Source: Ostrea edulis (taxonomy: Eukaryota). From it: DNA of 64,000 bases. This document shows, piece after piece, positions 10,616 through 23,830 of this stretch. The notes below the pieces were generated by a model. The model saw only the letters and a list, made by a program, of their open reading frames with translations, did no database searches and was not told where the DNA came from. The stretch covers positions 58,900,001 through 58,964,000 of the forward strand of contig NC_079167.1 in the NCBI RefSeq assembly GCF_947568905.1, given 5' to 3'. Position numbers and translations under genes: made by a program. The number at the start of each line of letters is the position of its first letter. Positions within the stretch are counted from its first letter, which is position 1.

Positions 10616-13133
10616 GTTTCATAACATAGTTTTGAAATAACCGTTAACTTTAGTTCTATTAACCAGTTCACTGAAGAAATTATGTTTGAAAGCAAACAAT
10701 ATCATTTGTCGACTAAATAGTTGAAGGATGATCTCTACACTAAAATTTTAATTAATGGCTTGTTAAACCACCTCCTGACTTATTATTTCACCATCAAAAG
10801 AGTCGTACAAACTTTCTTTTCTTATTTTTTCGCCATTTTATTTCAATTTAATTTTATAATATATTAGCCTAAATCAATACATCTTTTTCTAATTGACACA
10901 TATATATAAATGATTTTAGCCAGATTTAAAAATACTAACAAAATATATAATTAAAAAAAATATATTCAAAATAAGAATGTCTCTCCAACTTAGTCCAAGT
11001 CTTCTAGGCTGTAGGTTATTTCATGCATCAAACGAAAACCCATCTTTATATTCAGAAATATACCCACAAAAAAAATCATATTTAAAAAGTGAGAGCTTGT
11101 ATCGCTGTTTCGATTGTAAAATCATATTTCATACGAGATGCTTTTAGTGTTAGCCTAGAGATTCAAGTAAGTCTGATCGTTAAGCATTAATAAATTAAGT
11201 TTTGCAATTGGAAATTATTAATAGTGATTAATACAGATACTGCAAGAAACTAGATTAAAAAAGGAGGTGAAAATGGCTTGAAACGAATATTTGGAAGAAA
11301 CAAAAACATTTGTAGGCCTATATACTGGCTTTTGATCTATGGTGTTTTGTTTTTTTTTTTTAAAAAACAAACAAACAAAAAAAACGTCTTGTCAGATGCA
11401 GTGGCGCGCCTCCGACTCGCAGTCGTCCAACATAAGCCAATGACAATGTTGGCTTGCAAGGATAAATCACCTTTTCATGTCGAAGTTCACCAGTGTCCCA
11501 AAAGGAAGTGCTTAATTATTATAAACATTCACATGAAATCGAACTTTGGCGGGAAAATAATTTTCTGGAATACCAAACCCGATGTTTTTAAGCAATCACA
11601 CCATTTTTCAAGCTTCAACAATATTTATTTAATATTCATCAATAAAACAGAAATGCCCTTTACAACAGACATATATTACCATAATATAAAATGAGTAGAT
11701 ATAAAATATTAAGGGGGGATTCTATAATTAAAGGAAGAAAATATAAGTGCCCCCTTTCAACCTCCACCATTAAACATGTACAATGTATAACACTTTGAAA
11801 AAAAGTCAAATAAAACAAACAGAGAGCCTGAACACAGCAAGCAAATGTGTTCCAAAAATGTGGAAATTTAACGTACATTTTTTCTCTCATTTAAACTGAA
11901 ATTAAAAGCAATTTCACATCCTTACCAAAATACAACCTGTGCTTTCTATTTTGTGATTGAAATCACCGGCTCTAGCCAGTAAAGCATTCTCTTCAAGATA
12001 TGCACATGACTTTCTTTTCATTGAAATCATATACATTAGTACACTTAGTTTATATCCAAATAAAACTGAGCAAAAGTAATATGGAATGACAACTGACAGT
12101 CACTGGAAAGAACCATCGTCTATTATTCTATAAAAAAAAAAAAGAAAACTGTATTGTTTATATAGTCTTCAATGACCCTGATTCAAAAATTAAAAAGAAT
12201 ATTAATAACTACATTTAAAGTCCTTTACAAGGATTCCCAAATAAAATATAATAATTAGTAATTCATCATATACAATCATTATCTGCTACATGTACTTCAA
12301 ATCAAAAAAAGAAATAAATTATCTTATAAAGCTTTAAAAAAATTCTTAGTCAGATAAATAATGATACATGTGATATTACTCGATTCAGGACATGGAAAAA
12401 TGAAAAAAAAAATTGTTCTCCCTCTTTTTTTTTTTTTTAAAGAAATTAAGGATATGTTAAACCTTCACACAATAATAATTCATATATAAACATTTGCCCA
12501 GAGTTGTGAACAAACATAACTGTATATATATCAAATGCATAAAAAAATCAATGAAGAATGCTAATAATATACATATATTTAGTATAAATTAAATTTTACA
12601 GTACAAATAAAATTTGGAAATGACTAGATATTTTCAAAATGCATTGAAAATAATTGCATGATTTTGGCACAAATAATATAAAGTCTCATCAATTTCTTTA
12701 AAGTGTTAAAGCATTTAACTAATAAACCATTATTGAAAATGACAATGTGTTCTTACCCAGCCAAACTCATTTTATTATGTGTACCTATACATACCACTAT
12801 ATCATCTTTCATATCTCTGACATTCTTAAACATGAATCCTATACTCTATATCCCATTCATTACAGCTCATTTATTTCACCAAAATAATTGATGAAAAGAT
12901 GTCAAGTTTTCAATGCATGTCTATTTCATCAAAATAATTGATGAAAAGATGTCAAGTTTTCAATGCATGTCTACAAAACTATTTGCTTCCTCTTTGTATT
13001 TGTTCATTACACAGGATTTCAAGCCTATACTATACATTACAAATCTAATAGAAATACACATAAGTATTACATAAAAATGTATTTCATAAGCTAAAAAATA
13101 CAAAATGATGGCATATATAAACTATTGTAAACA

Positions 13134-16100
13134 TTAATTCTTCACAGCCTTGTTACTTGGATGCCAAATACGCAATATCTCAATTGGAATTATATCATCA
13201 TAATGGAATATTTTTTCTGTTGGTGGATCCAAAATTTCATACCGCAGTCCTTTGCTACCTGAAAATTGAAAAGACACCAAAACTATTAACACAAACCTTA
13301 GTTTTACATTAGAAAATTGCAATATTACATGCATACTGATGTATATCAGGTATATAAACACATCATCACAAGTGCAATGATGAGAGAGAGAGAGACAGAG
13401 AGAGACAGAGAGACAGAGAGAGAGTACTCACCAAGAGCCACAAGGAAATGGTCCCTTGTGTCTTCATTTCTAACTGTGGAGGCAATGTATGCCACGGGCC
13501 AGGACCCTAAAGCACCAGACAGAAGTTGATACAACACCTGTACCAGGAATGGAATGATTGACTTATCATAAACCACATCTGAAACATAGCAAAAAACTTT
13601 GTCATAGCAATTCAAAATCCATCCAATATTACATTTTACAGATTTGTCAGTTGAAATTTTTAATGCAGAAGTGCAATGTCCACTGCTTGTAATCAGGTTT
13701 ATAAAAAAATTTCAGATATTTACCACTTGGTATACACAAAAACTATGTTTTGTACATGTAATATCCGGTATTATTTTAGCCTTCAGAAGAAAACAAGCAG
13801 AAAGTACAATAAGTACTACAGCAATTCCCACAAGCAATCCAAGAGTTTGTCCTTCCTACCTGCTGCAACTACAACATCTGGCTGGATCTCTGACAAATCC
13901 TTCCTGTCACAAAATTCCCAATCAAACTTCATCAGCCTCACAGTCTTACTATGGTTCAGGACATACACATTGGAATCATTCAGTGGTGACCAGTGGGAAC
14001 TGGAGGAAAGCAGCTGGTCATTACTATCATTCACTTCCTCTTCCTGTTCTGAACACACTTCCTGTTCATCCATTTCCTGTAAATCTTTGTCCATTGATGA
14101 CACCATGGAACTGTAGCTAATTTGCATTATTTCACAGCTATCTTCTATGGCTGGTTCCTTGTTCACACTTAACTGCCTTTTGATCTTTTTCAACATTTTC
14201 CTACCTTTCGACTCACAATTTTCCAAGACCTGTGGTGAACATTCCAAGGAATATTGTTTGTTGAGGAAATTTATTTCAATGTTTTTCATGAGGAGGAATA
14301 AAACTTGTGGATGGAAGTCACTGAATGTAAAGGAATTCATCTGACATTGTTTACACAGGGCTATTCCAAGAAAACCCAGTCCACTACCAAGTTCAAGGAC
14401 ATTCCTAAAAAGGAAAAGGAAAAAATACAATATCACATTTTCGTCAGAAATAATATGAACACTAATTTATGCATTTCTTTTTGTTATACATGTACATTAA
14501 AATATGACTGATATCTGAATAAACTTAATTCTTATTACTGTTTACAGCTTTGCATTTGATTCAAATTATTATGTTTTCCATCAGAAACACTTATCTAAAT
14601 TAAAACGTTATTTAATTTCTTATCAACTGTGGTGTTGGTTGTGGCTTCATGGATCAGTATTCATGCATGTGGCCTTTTAAAGGGAATGATTAATGATCCC
14701 CCCCCCAAAAAAAAAATTTTGTTTTTCAATTCTAATGATCAAAATCTACTGTCTAATGTGCTTAAAAGGTTTCACAAAAAATTAAGGTTATGCGTTATCA
14801 CAGCTCATTTTAGAGAGTTTATCATTTGTTTCATAAACAAAACATTGCAGTATGCTATTGTTTACAAAGTTTTCAAAAGAAATGAATATCAATCTATTGG
14901 TAAAATGTCATCTGAAAGATAAATATGTGACTGTGCAAATAACATCTCACTGGTTTGATTATTAACATAAATAGATTTCAGTCTTTGTTTACATAACACA
15001 GAGTTAAAGCTAAAATATTGCTTTTATTCTTGCATTAAGAAGGTCAAAATTTTGGCTGTCAACATTAAATGTGTTATATCTTTATTGTTTAACACACAAA
15101 ATAAAATGAAATATAATTTTTTTCAAAAATCGTAAACCAGTCCCTTTAAGTTTATAAATGTATATGAAATTACTTGTAGGGACCTATTCATGTAAATTGA
15201 TACACGGAACTCGCCTAAATATTCTTTATGGTCAATATTGAAAACAAATGAACATGATCTAAACACGATTTTTTTTTCTGCTAATGAATCAATTGATCCT
15301 TTGATCCTAATATTTAGGTAATTTCAGTCAAAATATTTAGGAATGTATTTATTCCACAACACTGTTAGCAAAGCTCCTTTGCTCAACTCTGGAATCAAAC
15401 AGCTGTTTTGTCAATTACACCTTCTATTCAAGAAGTGTTGCAATTGAAATAATAAAAATGCACTGTGTATGTATTGAATAATAGTATTTTGAGCAAGATG
15501 CATTTATAAAATATATGTACCCCAGCACCACCAAGTTCAGTTCTGGGCTAATTTACCATAACTATGATAAATGACCTTTTTCTTAATTAATCAAATAGCT
15601 TTGACCTTTTTTCAGTTAAAAAAATATAAAGTATTAATCTTGTTAGGTTAAAAGTTATGACCACGGTTATAGATCAGAGGCACAGAGACCCACATACACT
15701 CATTCAATACTCTATATTTCAGATTTTAAAAATTTTGATTTTATAATTTAGTTAACTATTTATTCAATAGATGCAGAAAATGATTTCTCCTTGAGGTGGA
15801 ATGAACCTGTAGACCACTATGTTCATTGCAAGTTTATTCTAAAATCATCTGAATTTATAGTTTATCCTCTTTAATGTATATCCATTAAATGTACAACATA
15901 TGCATAATATACTTTTTTTCATCTGTCTCTGAGTGATAGTTTCATAAATTGTAAATTGTTATGTGTAATTGATGTACCTATACATCTATATTTCTGGTCT
16001 ATAAGAAAAATGCTATCAAAACATCATGCTATGGACTATGTAAGGCAGTGCCCAGATGTCCATCAAACCTAGCTGCATTGTTTTTCAATTTGATTGACAA

Positions 16101-19100
16101 GCATATTGATGTAAATTTTTAGGAGATGCTTATAATAATCTTGATCTTTAAGTATAGACAATGTTTATGTTAGTTTCAGAGCAGTGTTAATTTCACATTT
16201 TTCACTAGCAAAATACAACAAAATTAGAATAGTTGCAAACATGTTTTAAGCTGTCTCATGCACAGTAATTATTCTAAAAACTAATACAGGTGAACCTCAG
16301 TATCTCAAAAACTAATATTACGAATACCATGGATAAGTCAAAGTGATTCAGAAGTCCCAAACACTTATTCTTTAAGTATTTTGTATTCGATATCTCGAAT
16401 CCTTGCATATCTTGAAGTTTTTTCTCAGTCCCATCAACGTCGAGATAATGAGGTTTAATTGTATAGCAAAAATTTAACAAACTGAATGCTTTAGGGGCGA
16501 GATCAATGGTTAAATGTCTGACAAAAAACTAAATTCACATAGTTTTCACCTTAAAAAGTAAATGTGATGAATGTTGACTATAATTAATTAACAGGTAAAA
16601 CATAGGATTATAAATAAAACTATATGTACATGTATACCTTTCCTACTGTTTATTTCACAAATGAAAGTGTACATTAAAAGTAATGTGGTTTTTAACAATT
16701 GCTTGTCATTTTCCTTTTCCTTTTTCTCCTAAAGTGTAATCAATGTCGGATGACAGAAACTTACGGAAGATTTTATCCCCCCTCCCCCTAACCATTTGAA
16801 TTTAGATTTTCATCCAACATTGATCTTTTGATCTTGCCCCTTAATACATACTTGTTTTCAAGAAGAGATTTGTGTTCAAAGGACCACTCGGCCAGATGCA
16901 AAGCAGCCTTCAAAAAAAAAAGTGAGATTGAAGTGTTTCTATTTCTGCAAGTTAACAAGTCAAACCTGAAATCAGATGGAAATACTCTTAATGCCTTTGA
17001 AACATGTATATGCTGAAATGTAGCATTGACATTATTTCATCAAGAAGATATTATCATTGGAACTTTTATTCACCAGTGTACATATTTAACTATGGTTTCA
17101 CTATCCGTAACTTTGTTGTGCTTTAACTATGGTTTCACTATCTGTAACTTTGTTGTGCTTTAACTATGGTTTCACTATCTGTAACTTTGTTGTGCTTTAA
17201 CTATGGTTTCACTATCTGTAACTTTGTTGTGCTTTAACTATGGTTTCACTATCCGTAACTTTGTTGTGCTTTAACTATGGTTTCACTATCTGTAACATTG
17301 TTGTGCTTTAACTATGGTTTCACTATCCGTAACTTTGTTGTGCTTTAACTATGGTTTCACTATCTGTAACTTCGTTGTGCTTTAACTATGGTTTCACTAT
17401 CCGTAACTTTGTTGTGGTTTTACTTTCCTTGTGATGGTCTGAATAGCAGTAAAGTTAAAGGATAAAATTTTGATCAGAGGAGCCCAACCTGCTCTACTTC
17501 TCAACAACACACCATACCTGCCATGTACTAAGTCCTGTGGTTCCCTGTGAGATGATGTGCACAGACTCCTGTAGGTTCACTATCTCTTTATTGGGCTGTA
17601 AACAGCAAAAGAATTTTGTCTAAATCAAATATATTTGAAAAACAACAAAATAAAAATTAATCTTACACCCCATTAGAAGTCATTATCTCATTGTATTAAA
17701 GCCTGACCATTGAAGTCTTTTTGTAAATTTTCCTTTTATTTTATGCATCAGCTCTCCATCCTACTTTTCAATAATTTCTTGCTCTAGTCTTTATGTGGTG
17801 TTAAAAAATGTTTGCTGACTCTTCTCTGAGATACTTTAATTATTTTAAACCATTCGAAGCAGATAAATAAAATACATGTAACTATAAATAAAATAATATA
17901 CACTATAATGAGTTGGGCAGATAAATAACTATAAATGTGATAAATAAATAATATATAAACAAAATACAGTCAAACCTCATTATCTCAAACTTGATGGGAT
18001 CGAGAAAAAACTTCCAAGATATCCGAGGATTTGACATATCAAGGGTAAAATACTTAAAGAATAAGCACTTCCGAATCACTTTGACATATTCATGGTATTC
18101 GAGATATCGGTGTTCAAGATACAAAAGTTCAACTGTACAGTAATATACCTACTCTATGAGTATGGATTATTGTCACAATATTTGCTATAATATTCTAAAA
18201 CACTGTTATTGTTAATTTGTGTAATCCTTTTTTTTTGTTTTGCGATTCATATTTCCTCCAGTTGTTTATCTTTTATTGTATTCTTGTGTCTTTCTCTATT
18301 AAAACAACTACCTTTCTGTAGAACATGATATCTGTTATGTTGAAACTTTTCAACATATTGTGTCACATTGAAAGTGCATTGAACTTGGATTGAAGGTCTT
18401 CTGTGACCTTGACCATTGACTTCCTGACCACAATATCTATTGACATCTCTCTTTAATCATCAATTACCTTTCTATAAAATGTCATAGGATCTTGAAAACG
18501 TTTTGATTTATCGTGTCATAATCAAGCATAGTAAAGTTAGAGATTGAAGGCATGTTGTGACCTTGAAAATTTACATCACAATTTAAAAACTCTAGGTGTC
18601 TTCCTTAAATAGCCACCTACCTTTCCATAAAATATGAAAACCTTTAATATTTGAAAATTAATCAAGATATTGTGTCACAACGAAAGTTATGATCAGGGTT
18701 CCAAATTACCGCTCGCCCACTCGCATTGGCGACTAAACTTTGCTTGTGGGCACCCAAAATTTCCGTTCTCGTCGCCCACTTGGCGACCGTAATTGTCCGA
18801 TCAACATTTTTCTTTCCGACCGATCCGAGCCCTATTATAATTGACGTTCAATTTCCGGTTTAGGTTTTGCCACTTGGCGAGACATTCATGATTCCTGGGG
18901 TATCAAACCTTCCAAAATGTATTTAAACCAGAAGTTGAACAACGCAAGGGTTACTTCAAACGAAAAGAAAGCGTCTGCTTTTAACCAAAGTGGAAAGAAG
19001 GGGAGAATATGGCTCGATGACGGCAAAAAGGGGATGACGTGCTGTGTGTACAAAACATGACACGAAAGGTCCAATCGTTGTGACAGCTTGCCCAAGTTAT

Positions 19101-22100
19101 AAACTTGACAGCATCGTAAAGCTGAGAAATTTTGAAATAACATAAAAAGTCTGAAGAAACGTGTGTTAAAGTCAGACGCTGCGAAGATCATAAAGTTGCT
19201 AGGTTGACTAAATGAGAGGGAAATGAGAGAGGTATTTGAAAGAATTACGGAGAAGGAAACAGAATTTAAATATTGATATTTTAATTTTTTAAATAAATTG
19301 CAATGTGACCTGATATTTCTTTTTTCTTATAAAAAAAACCAACCAGGCCATCATTAAAAATATTTTTGTTTGATGTACTCCGACCCACATTTTTGAAGGT
19401 GGGTAGGTAGGTGAGTATTTTTTTTTTTTTTTTTTTTTTGCAGTATCGAAAAAATTGATTATTGTCATAAAAACGCAGACTTAGAAATTTATTGATGTTT
19501 TCATTAAACATTGGACAAGACAGATTTAATAATTATAGCTATAAAACATTCATCAAAAAAGTTTCTTAGAGAATACAAACCTTTAAAATGAAACAATGTC
19601 TATTTCCCTGGAAACCAAATTAAAAAAAAAAAAATTAAAAGTACTGAAAAAAATGATTGGGTAGGGGCGATTTTCACGGGTCGGTCGGAGTACATCAAAC
19701 AAATCAATTTTTATTTTTGGCCCCATGTTATTCAATTTCATAATATGTGTGGGCTACTAAAATTTCATGTGGGCTAACAGGATTTCTTATTCAGGGGCCC
19801 ACTTGGCCCCTAAGGTATTCAGTCGAAGTTGGAACCCTGTATGATGGTCAGATGGATGGTGATACACACATATGGACAACATGATTCCTATATGGCTTTT
19901 AATACCCTAATTTGAATGTAAAAAAAATGGGGGGGGGGGGGGGGGGGGACTTCTCACCAGAAAGTAAGACTTGTAACACAAAGTGTCATCGCCTTCATCT
20001 CTTTCCTGAAGCAAATCTGTGTAAGCCTCATAAATCTCATCACATAATTCAACATCACTGTCTTCAAGCTGAAAATAGTTCCTCAAAATTAAGATTTATG
20101 TAAGGAATAATGCTAATTTTTCATTTCATTTTTAAAAAATCATTCTCACATTATAACTTAATTTGAGATGGTCTACACTTGACAGGTTTCTCAAAAAGTA
20201 AAAATCTATTCCAAACCATATCAAAGTGTGTGTTACAGAGGAAATCAAATTATCTCTACATCTAATAAGCTAGGCTACAGCTAGCACTTGCTACATGCTT
20301 TAAGCTAAATGACACATCTAAGGTAATTGTTAGTTACTCATTTCTCTGTCTGATTACAGTAATACTTCTAAAATATAATGAAAACAGATAAAATACTCTT
20401 GCCTTTTGAATCAGATGCTTGACAAATGACCGTCGGTAACTGAGGGATGTTGGGTACTTCTTACACTGCGTACTGGAAACTGTTGCTTCAAGCACTGCTT
20501 GTTGCTCTTCAATTCCAATATTCACAGGGCACAGAGACTTTTCCTGAAAGGTGCACGAACATATAAAATGACCCTGTGGTTGGCATAAATATAGATATAC
20601 CCCCTCCCCCACAAAAACCTCACTATGTTCCTGCTTTGATATTTAATTTTTTATTCAACACACACTTTTTCTTCAGTTCATTTATCTGTCAAGACATCTT
20701 ATTCTTCACAGCATGATCACTGTCTGGAGTTAAAGGGACTGATTCACGATTTTCCCCAAAATTTTGTTTTTCACTTTTAATGATCAAAATCTACTGTCTA
20801 ATGTGTTTAAAAGATTTCACATAAAAATTAAAGTTATACATTTAATATCACAGAAGTTCATTTTAGAGAGTTTATTATTTGTTTTGTAAACAAAAATTGT
20901 GGTATGTTATTGTTTACAAATTTTCAAAAGAAATGGATATTGATCCAAGTTTAATATATCTTTCACATTTCAAGCATTCTTTGGGTAAAAGGTGCCATTC
21001 AAATGTTAAAATTTGTGACTATGCAAAATTATGATGTTTATATTACAAAATTAATATTTCACTAGTTTGTTTGTATACATTAAAAGAATCTAGTCTTTGC
21101 TTACATAACACAGATTTAAGGCTAAAATATCGCTTTTATTTTTGCATTCAGAAGGTCAAAATTTTGGCTGTCAACATTAATGATTTATATTTTTGATGTT
21201 AAACATAAAAAATGAAAAATATTTTTTCAAAAATCGTGAACCAGTCCCTTTAAAAAGTTTTGGGATAGTCAACATTCGAGAGCGAACATACCCCTCAGTT
21301 CAATAAAACAGCAAATTTAAGATACTGCGAAATACTGTATGTGAAAAGAAAGAACATAGCTATTGAGGAAATTTAAGTCATGAACTGCATGTTTTTGTAA
21401 GCCTGGATCTGTTATCTGGAATGAAAATCATCCCTATTTATAATCTTTGTTGACTAAAGGAAAGCATTACTGGTAAGGTGCTCTAACCATTGAGCAATCA
21501 AGACCATTATACTAGTAAGGTACTCTAACCACTGTCATAGCTATCCAGACGGGTTAGAAAAGGTCCTCAGTACCCCTTGCTTGTCGTAGAATGCGACTAA
21601 ATGGGGCGGTCCTTCGGATGAGACCGCAAAAATCGAGGTCCCGTGTCACAGCAGGTGTGGCATGATAAAGATCCCTCCCTGCTCAATGGCCATAAGCGCC
21701 GAGCAGAACTTTTACCTGCAAGTGAAGTCCAGAAGTGGTCAATGGTCATATGTAACAAGAAAGAATAAAATTTAAGGCTGGACTGGGAATCAAACCAGTA
21801 ACCCCTGCATTACTATTCAGGTGCTCTAACCACTCAGCTATCCTGGCCATATAGCCCAAACCACTACAAATCAATTCTAGCAAGTTTGACCTTGAAAACA
21901 AAAGGCGTTTACCTCTAAACATAGGGAACATGTGTAGGCTATTAATGGAAAATTTTTACTTATCATTGCTTGATTAGTTGATTCAAGCGATTTATTGCAA
22001 AATTTTCACCCAAAATTTTGTAAATTCTAAAAGAAAACAAGAAAAATTCTAGTGCTGTATAAATATACATCTACCACTTCGTGAAAGAAAACCTGGAAGA

Positions 22101-23698
22101 TGGTGCTCAGGATTACAGAAATGACATCTATTTATAGCCAGAATGACACTCTAAAGAACGGGATGGTGCTTAAGGTGACCGGAATAACACCTATATTTTT
22201 ATTTTTGAGAATTTTTTATAAACTGAAAAGGATATGAAATAGCTGGAATAGTTTAATATAATATTGATATCAGGGGCGGATTTAAGGGGGGGCGCAGCCA
22301 GCGCCCCCCCCCCCCCCCCTAAATTTTCAAATTTAAAGTAAATCGTGGTGTCTTGTTCAGAAAAATATACTAAACGATAAAAGAAGCAATAATTTCTTCC
22401 ACTCCTGGAGATATAAATGGCAAAATCTTTTGATTTCTTGAATTACTTTATTGGAAGAACTTAATTTTTTCCAAAAAACTCTTAAAATTTGCATCATTTT
22501 ATTAATTTCTCCTTATCAAAATTGATAGAAAATAGTACAAATGACTAAATAGGAGACATATTTCAAGCCCTATAAAATCCAGGAGCTTCTTCTATGCCCC
22601 CCCCCCCCCCCCCCCGTAACCGCAATTCTTTGATCCGCCCCTGAATATAAAAGAATAAAGTACTCAGCTTGAATTTCCTCTGATGACCATATTTTGCATT
22701 TCCTTTATTATTTTACTATCTTATTCATTTCTGAACATATCATTCTTGCAATCAAGATGACACTCTGCCCATGGATAATGCATTTTGAAGTACAAGTGAT
22801 TGGGGATTCATTTTTTTTTTTACACACTCTCACCACTATGAGATTTCAAAGACAAAATATAGAAGATGATCAGATCGTAATTAAAGATACTGTGATCTAG
22901 GAATTGAAAGAGAAAATCTATAGCTGCCATTAGCTGGGCCGAGCATCAAACCTAGGACCCCTGCATTACTAATCTGGTGCTGTAACCACCGTGCTACCCA
23001 GGCCGATATCCATGGTCCATATAGCCCTAACTACTACATTCTCCTCCCTCCTTTAAAAGGTCTTCAAGGGCAAAGACACACAATCTAGATTCTTTTGCCC
23101 CGGACAGGACTTTCACCTGAAGTCCAGGGGTAGTCAAAGGTACCAAATGTAATATAGGAAAGAAAATTTATGGCTGAACTGTGAATCACACCTGGGACCC
23201 CTGTATTACTAATCAGATGCTCTAAACACTGAGCTACCCAGGCCAATATCCATGGTCCATACAATAGGAATTACGATAGAAAGCACAAAATTTGTTGATA
23301 TTCATCATACTTTTATCAATTTGATCACAATTCTTGTTGTAAGTCATCAATGTAGGCACCACTTCGGTGATTTTATGTGCCATTCCCGTTATTCTATGTA
23401 CCACTGGATTAACTGGAAGATCCAAAGGTACATGGCAGCATATAGATGCAATAACGTAACATTCCCTAATTTTCAATTAATTCCAAAAGGAATTTGATTC
23501 ACTATGCCTACAGATTTGATTTTGTTTTCTTAAGTCAGAATTTTAGACTAATATTAAGTAAAACATATAGAAATATTAAATAATGCATACAGTCCATTGA
23601 AAACGTCTTATTGGAACCATTTGAAAGAATTGCATTGAAATATGGTGTAAAATCTCCTCATTGTTTTCGTCAGTCACTTTCCTTATGGAAGTCGCCAT
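13134..23698 (-). CDS. EEF2KMT: Protein-lysine N-methyltransferase EEF2KMT/FAM86A; coding exons 23591-23698, 20403-20543, 19958-20068, 17518-17595, 16852-16907, 13860-14404, 13432-13578, 13134-13258 (1311 nt, 436 aa)
   Basis: Exons join in phase with GT-AG sites (intron 2 donor probably GC). Translation shows the FAM86 N-terminal segment (KYPTSLSYRRSFVKHLIQK...DEIYEAY), IISQGTTGLSTWQAALHLAEW, SAM-binding motif I NVLELGSGLG, FSDFHPQVL, DWE, DVVVAADVVYD and YIASTVRNEDT. An in-frame ATG at 23707 is an alternative start. Confidence 0.9.
14681..15145. mobile_element. Kolobok-like MITE (TTAA target)
   Basis: TTAA-AGGGA...CAGTCCCT-TTAA. A homologous copy lies at 20734-21249. Confidence 0.7.
16270..16465. 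mobile_element. Tc1/mariner-pogo-like MITE
   Basis: Inverted member of the TACAGT(C/T)(A/G)AAC...CTCGA family also seen at 17966-18137 and 33024-33201. Confidence 0.5.
17085..17420. repeat. 37-bp minisatellite, about 9 copies (TTTAACTATGGTTTCACTATCTGTAACTTTGTTGTGC), in EEF2KMT intron 4
   Basis: Read directly. Confidence 0.93.
17966..18137. mobile_element. Tc1/mariner-pogo-like MITE
   Basis: TA-CAGTCAAAC ... GTTCAACTG-TA termini. Confidence 0.6.
18694..19839 (+). mobile_element. hAT-like non-autonomous element with a ZnF-TTF remnant and a nested MITE (about 19345-19722)
   Basis: TIR CAGGGTTCCA / TGGAACCCTG, with TATGAT on both flanks. Degraded KWKEGRIWLDDGKKGMTC and LDSIVK resemble the ZNF862-type N-terminus. 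The nested MITE has GGCCA...TTTGATGTACTCCGACC TIRs. Confidence 0.65.
20734..21249. mobile_element. Kolobok-like MITE (TTAA target)
   Basis: TTAA-AGGGACTGATTCACGATT ... AATCGTGAACCAGTCCCT-TTAA. Confidence 0.75.
21545..21705 (+). mobile_element. Bivalve SINE fragment
   Basis: Homologous to the inverted copy at 2163-2423. Confidence 0.65.
21715..23265 (-). repeat. Three degenerate tRNA-derived units (about 21715-21905, 22915-23110, 23110-23265), Thr(AGT)-like
   Basis: Reverse complement reads GGCC.GG.TAGCT(C/G)AGT(G)GTTAGAGCA.C.GA.TAGTAAT(G/A)CAGGGGT...GT(T/G)TGATTC. Flanking sequence is shared between the units. Confidence 0.55.
22271..22643. mobile_element. PIF/Harbinger-like MITE
   Basis: CAGGGGCGGAT ... 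ATCCGCCCCTG termini with internal poly-G/C runs. Confidence 0.7.
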
Positions 23699-23707
23699 CT
23701 TTAACAT

Positions 23708-23830
23708 CTAATTATTGTATACTTATCATTGATTGGTCAAATAGCCTACCGACTCAATTTTATCCAATGAAATTGAACGTATTATATCGAGAAGGAATTT
23801 GTCGGCGTCTTCTATGATTTTGCTTTGAAA
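23708..23830. promoter_or_regulatory. Putative bidirectional promoter shared by EEF2KMT and RNPS1
   Basis: Divergent start codons at 23698/23707 and 23831. An ATTGG (CCAAT-box) motif lies near 23733. Confidence 0.65.

Noticed and set aside
13644-14120. Plus-strand ORFs of 146-158 aa (also 37464-37763, 48532-48777, 54019-54246, 9950-10288)
   Set aside because: They are antisense shadows of real coding or TE sequence with no recognisable protein features.
19929-19948. Long poly-G/C runs (also about 22300, 22600, 25020, 32220, 56700) as G-quadruplex elements
   Set aside because: They are simple homopolymers, often inside repeats, and their lengths are unreliable in assemblies.
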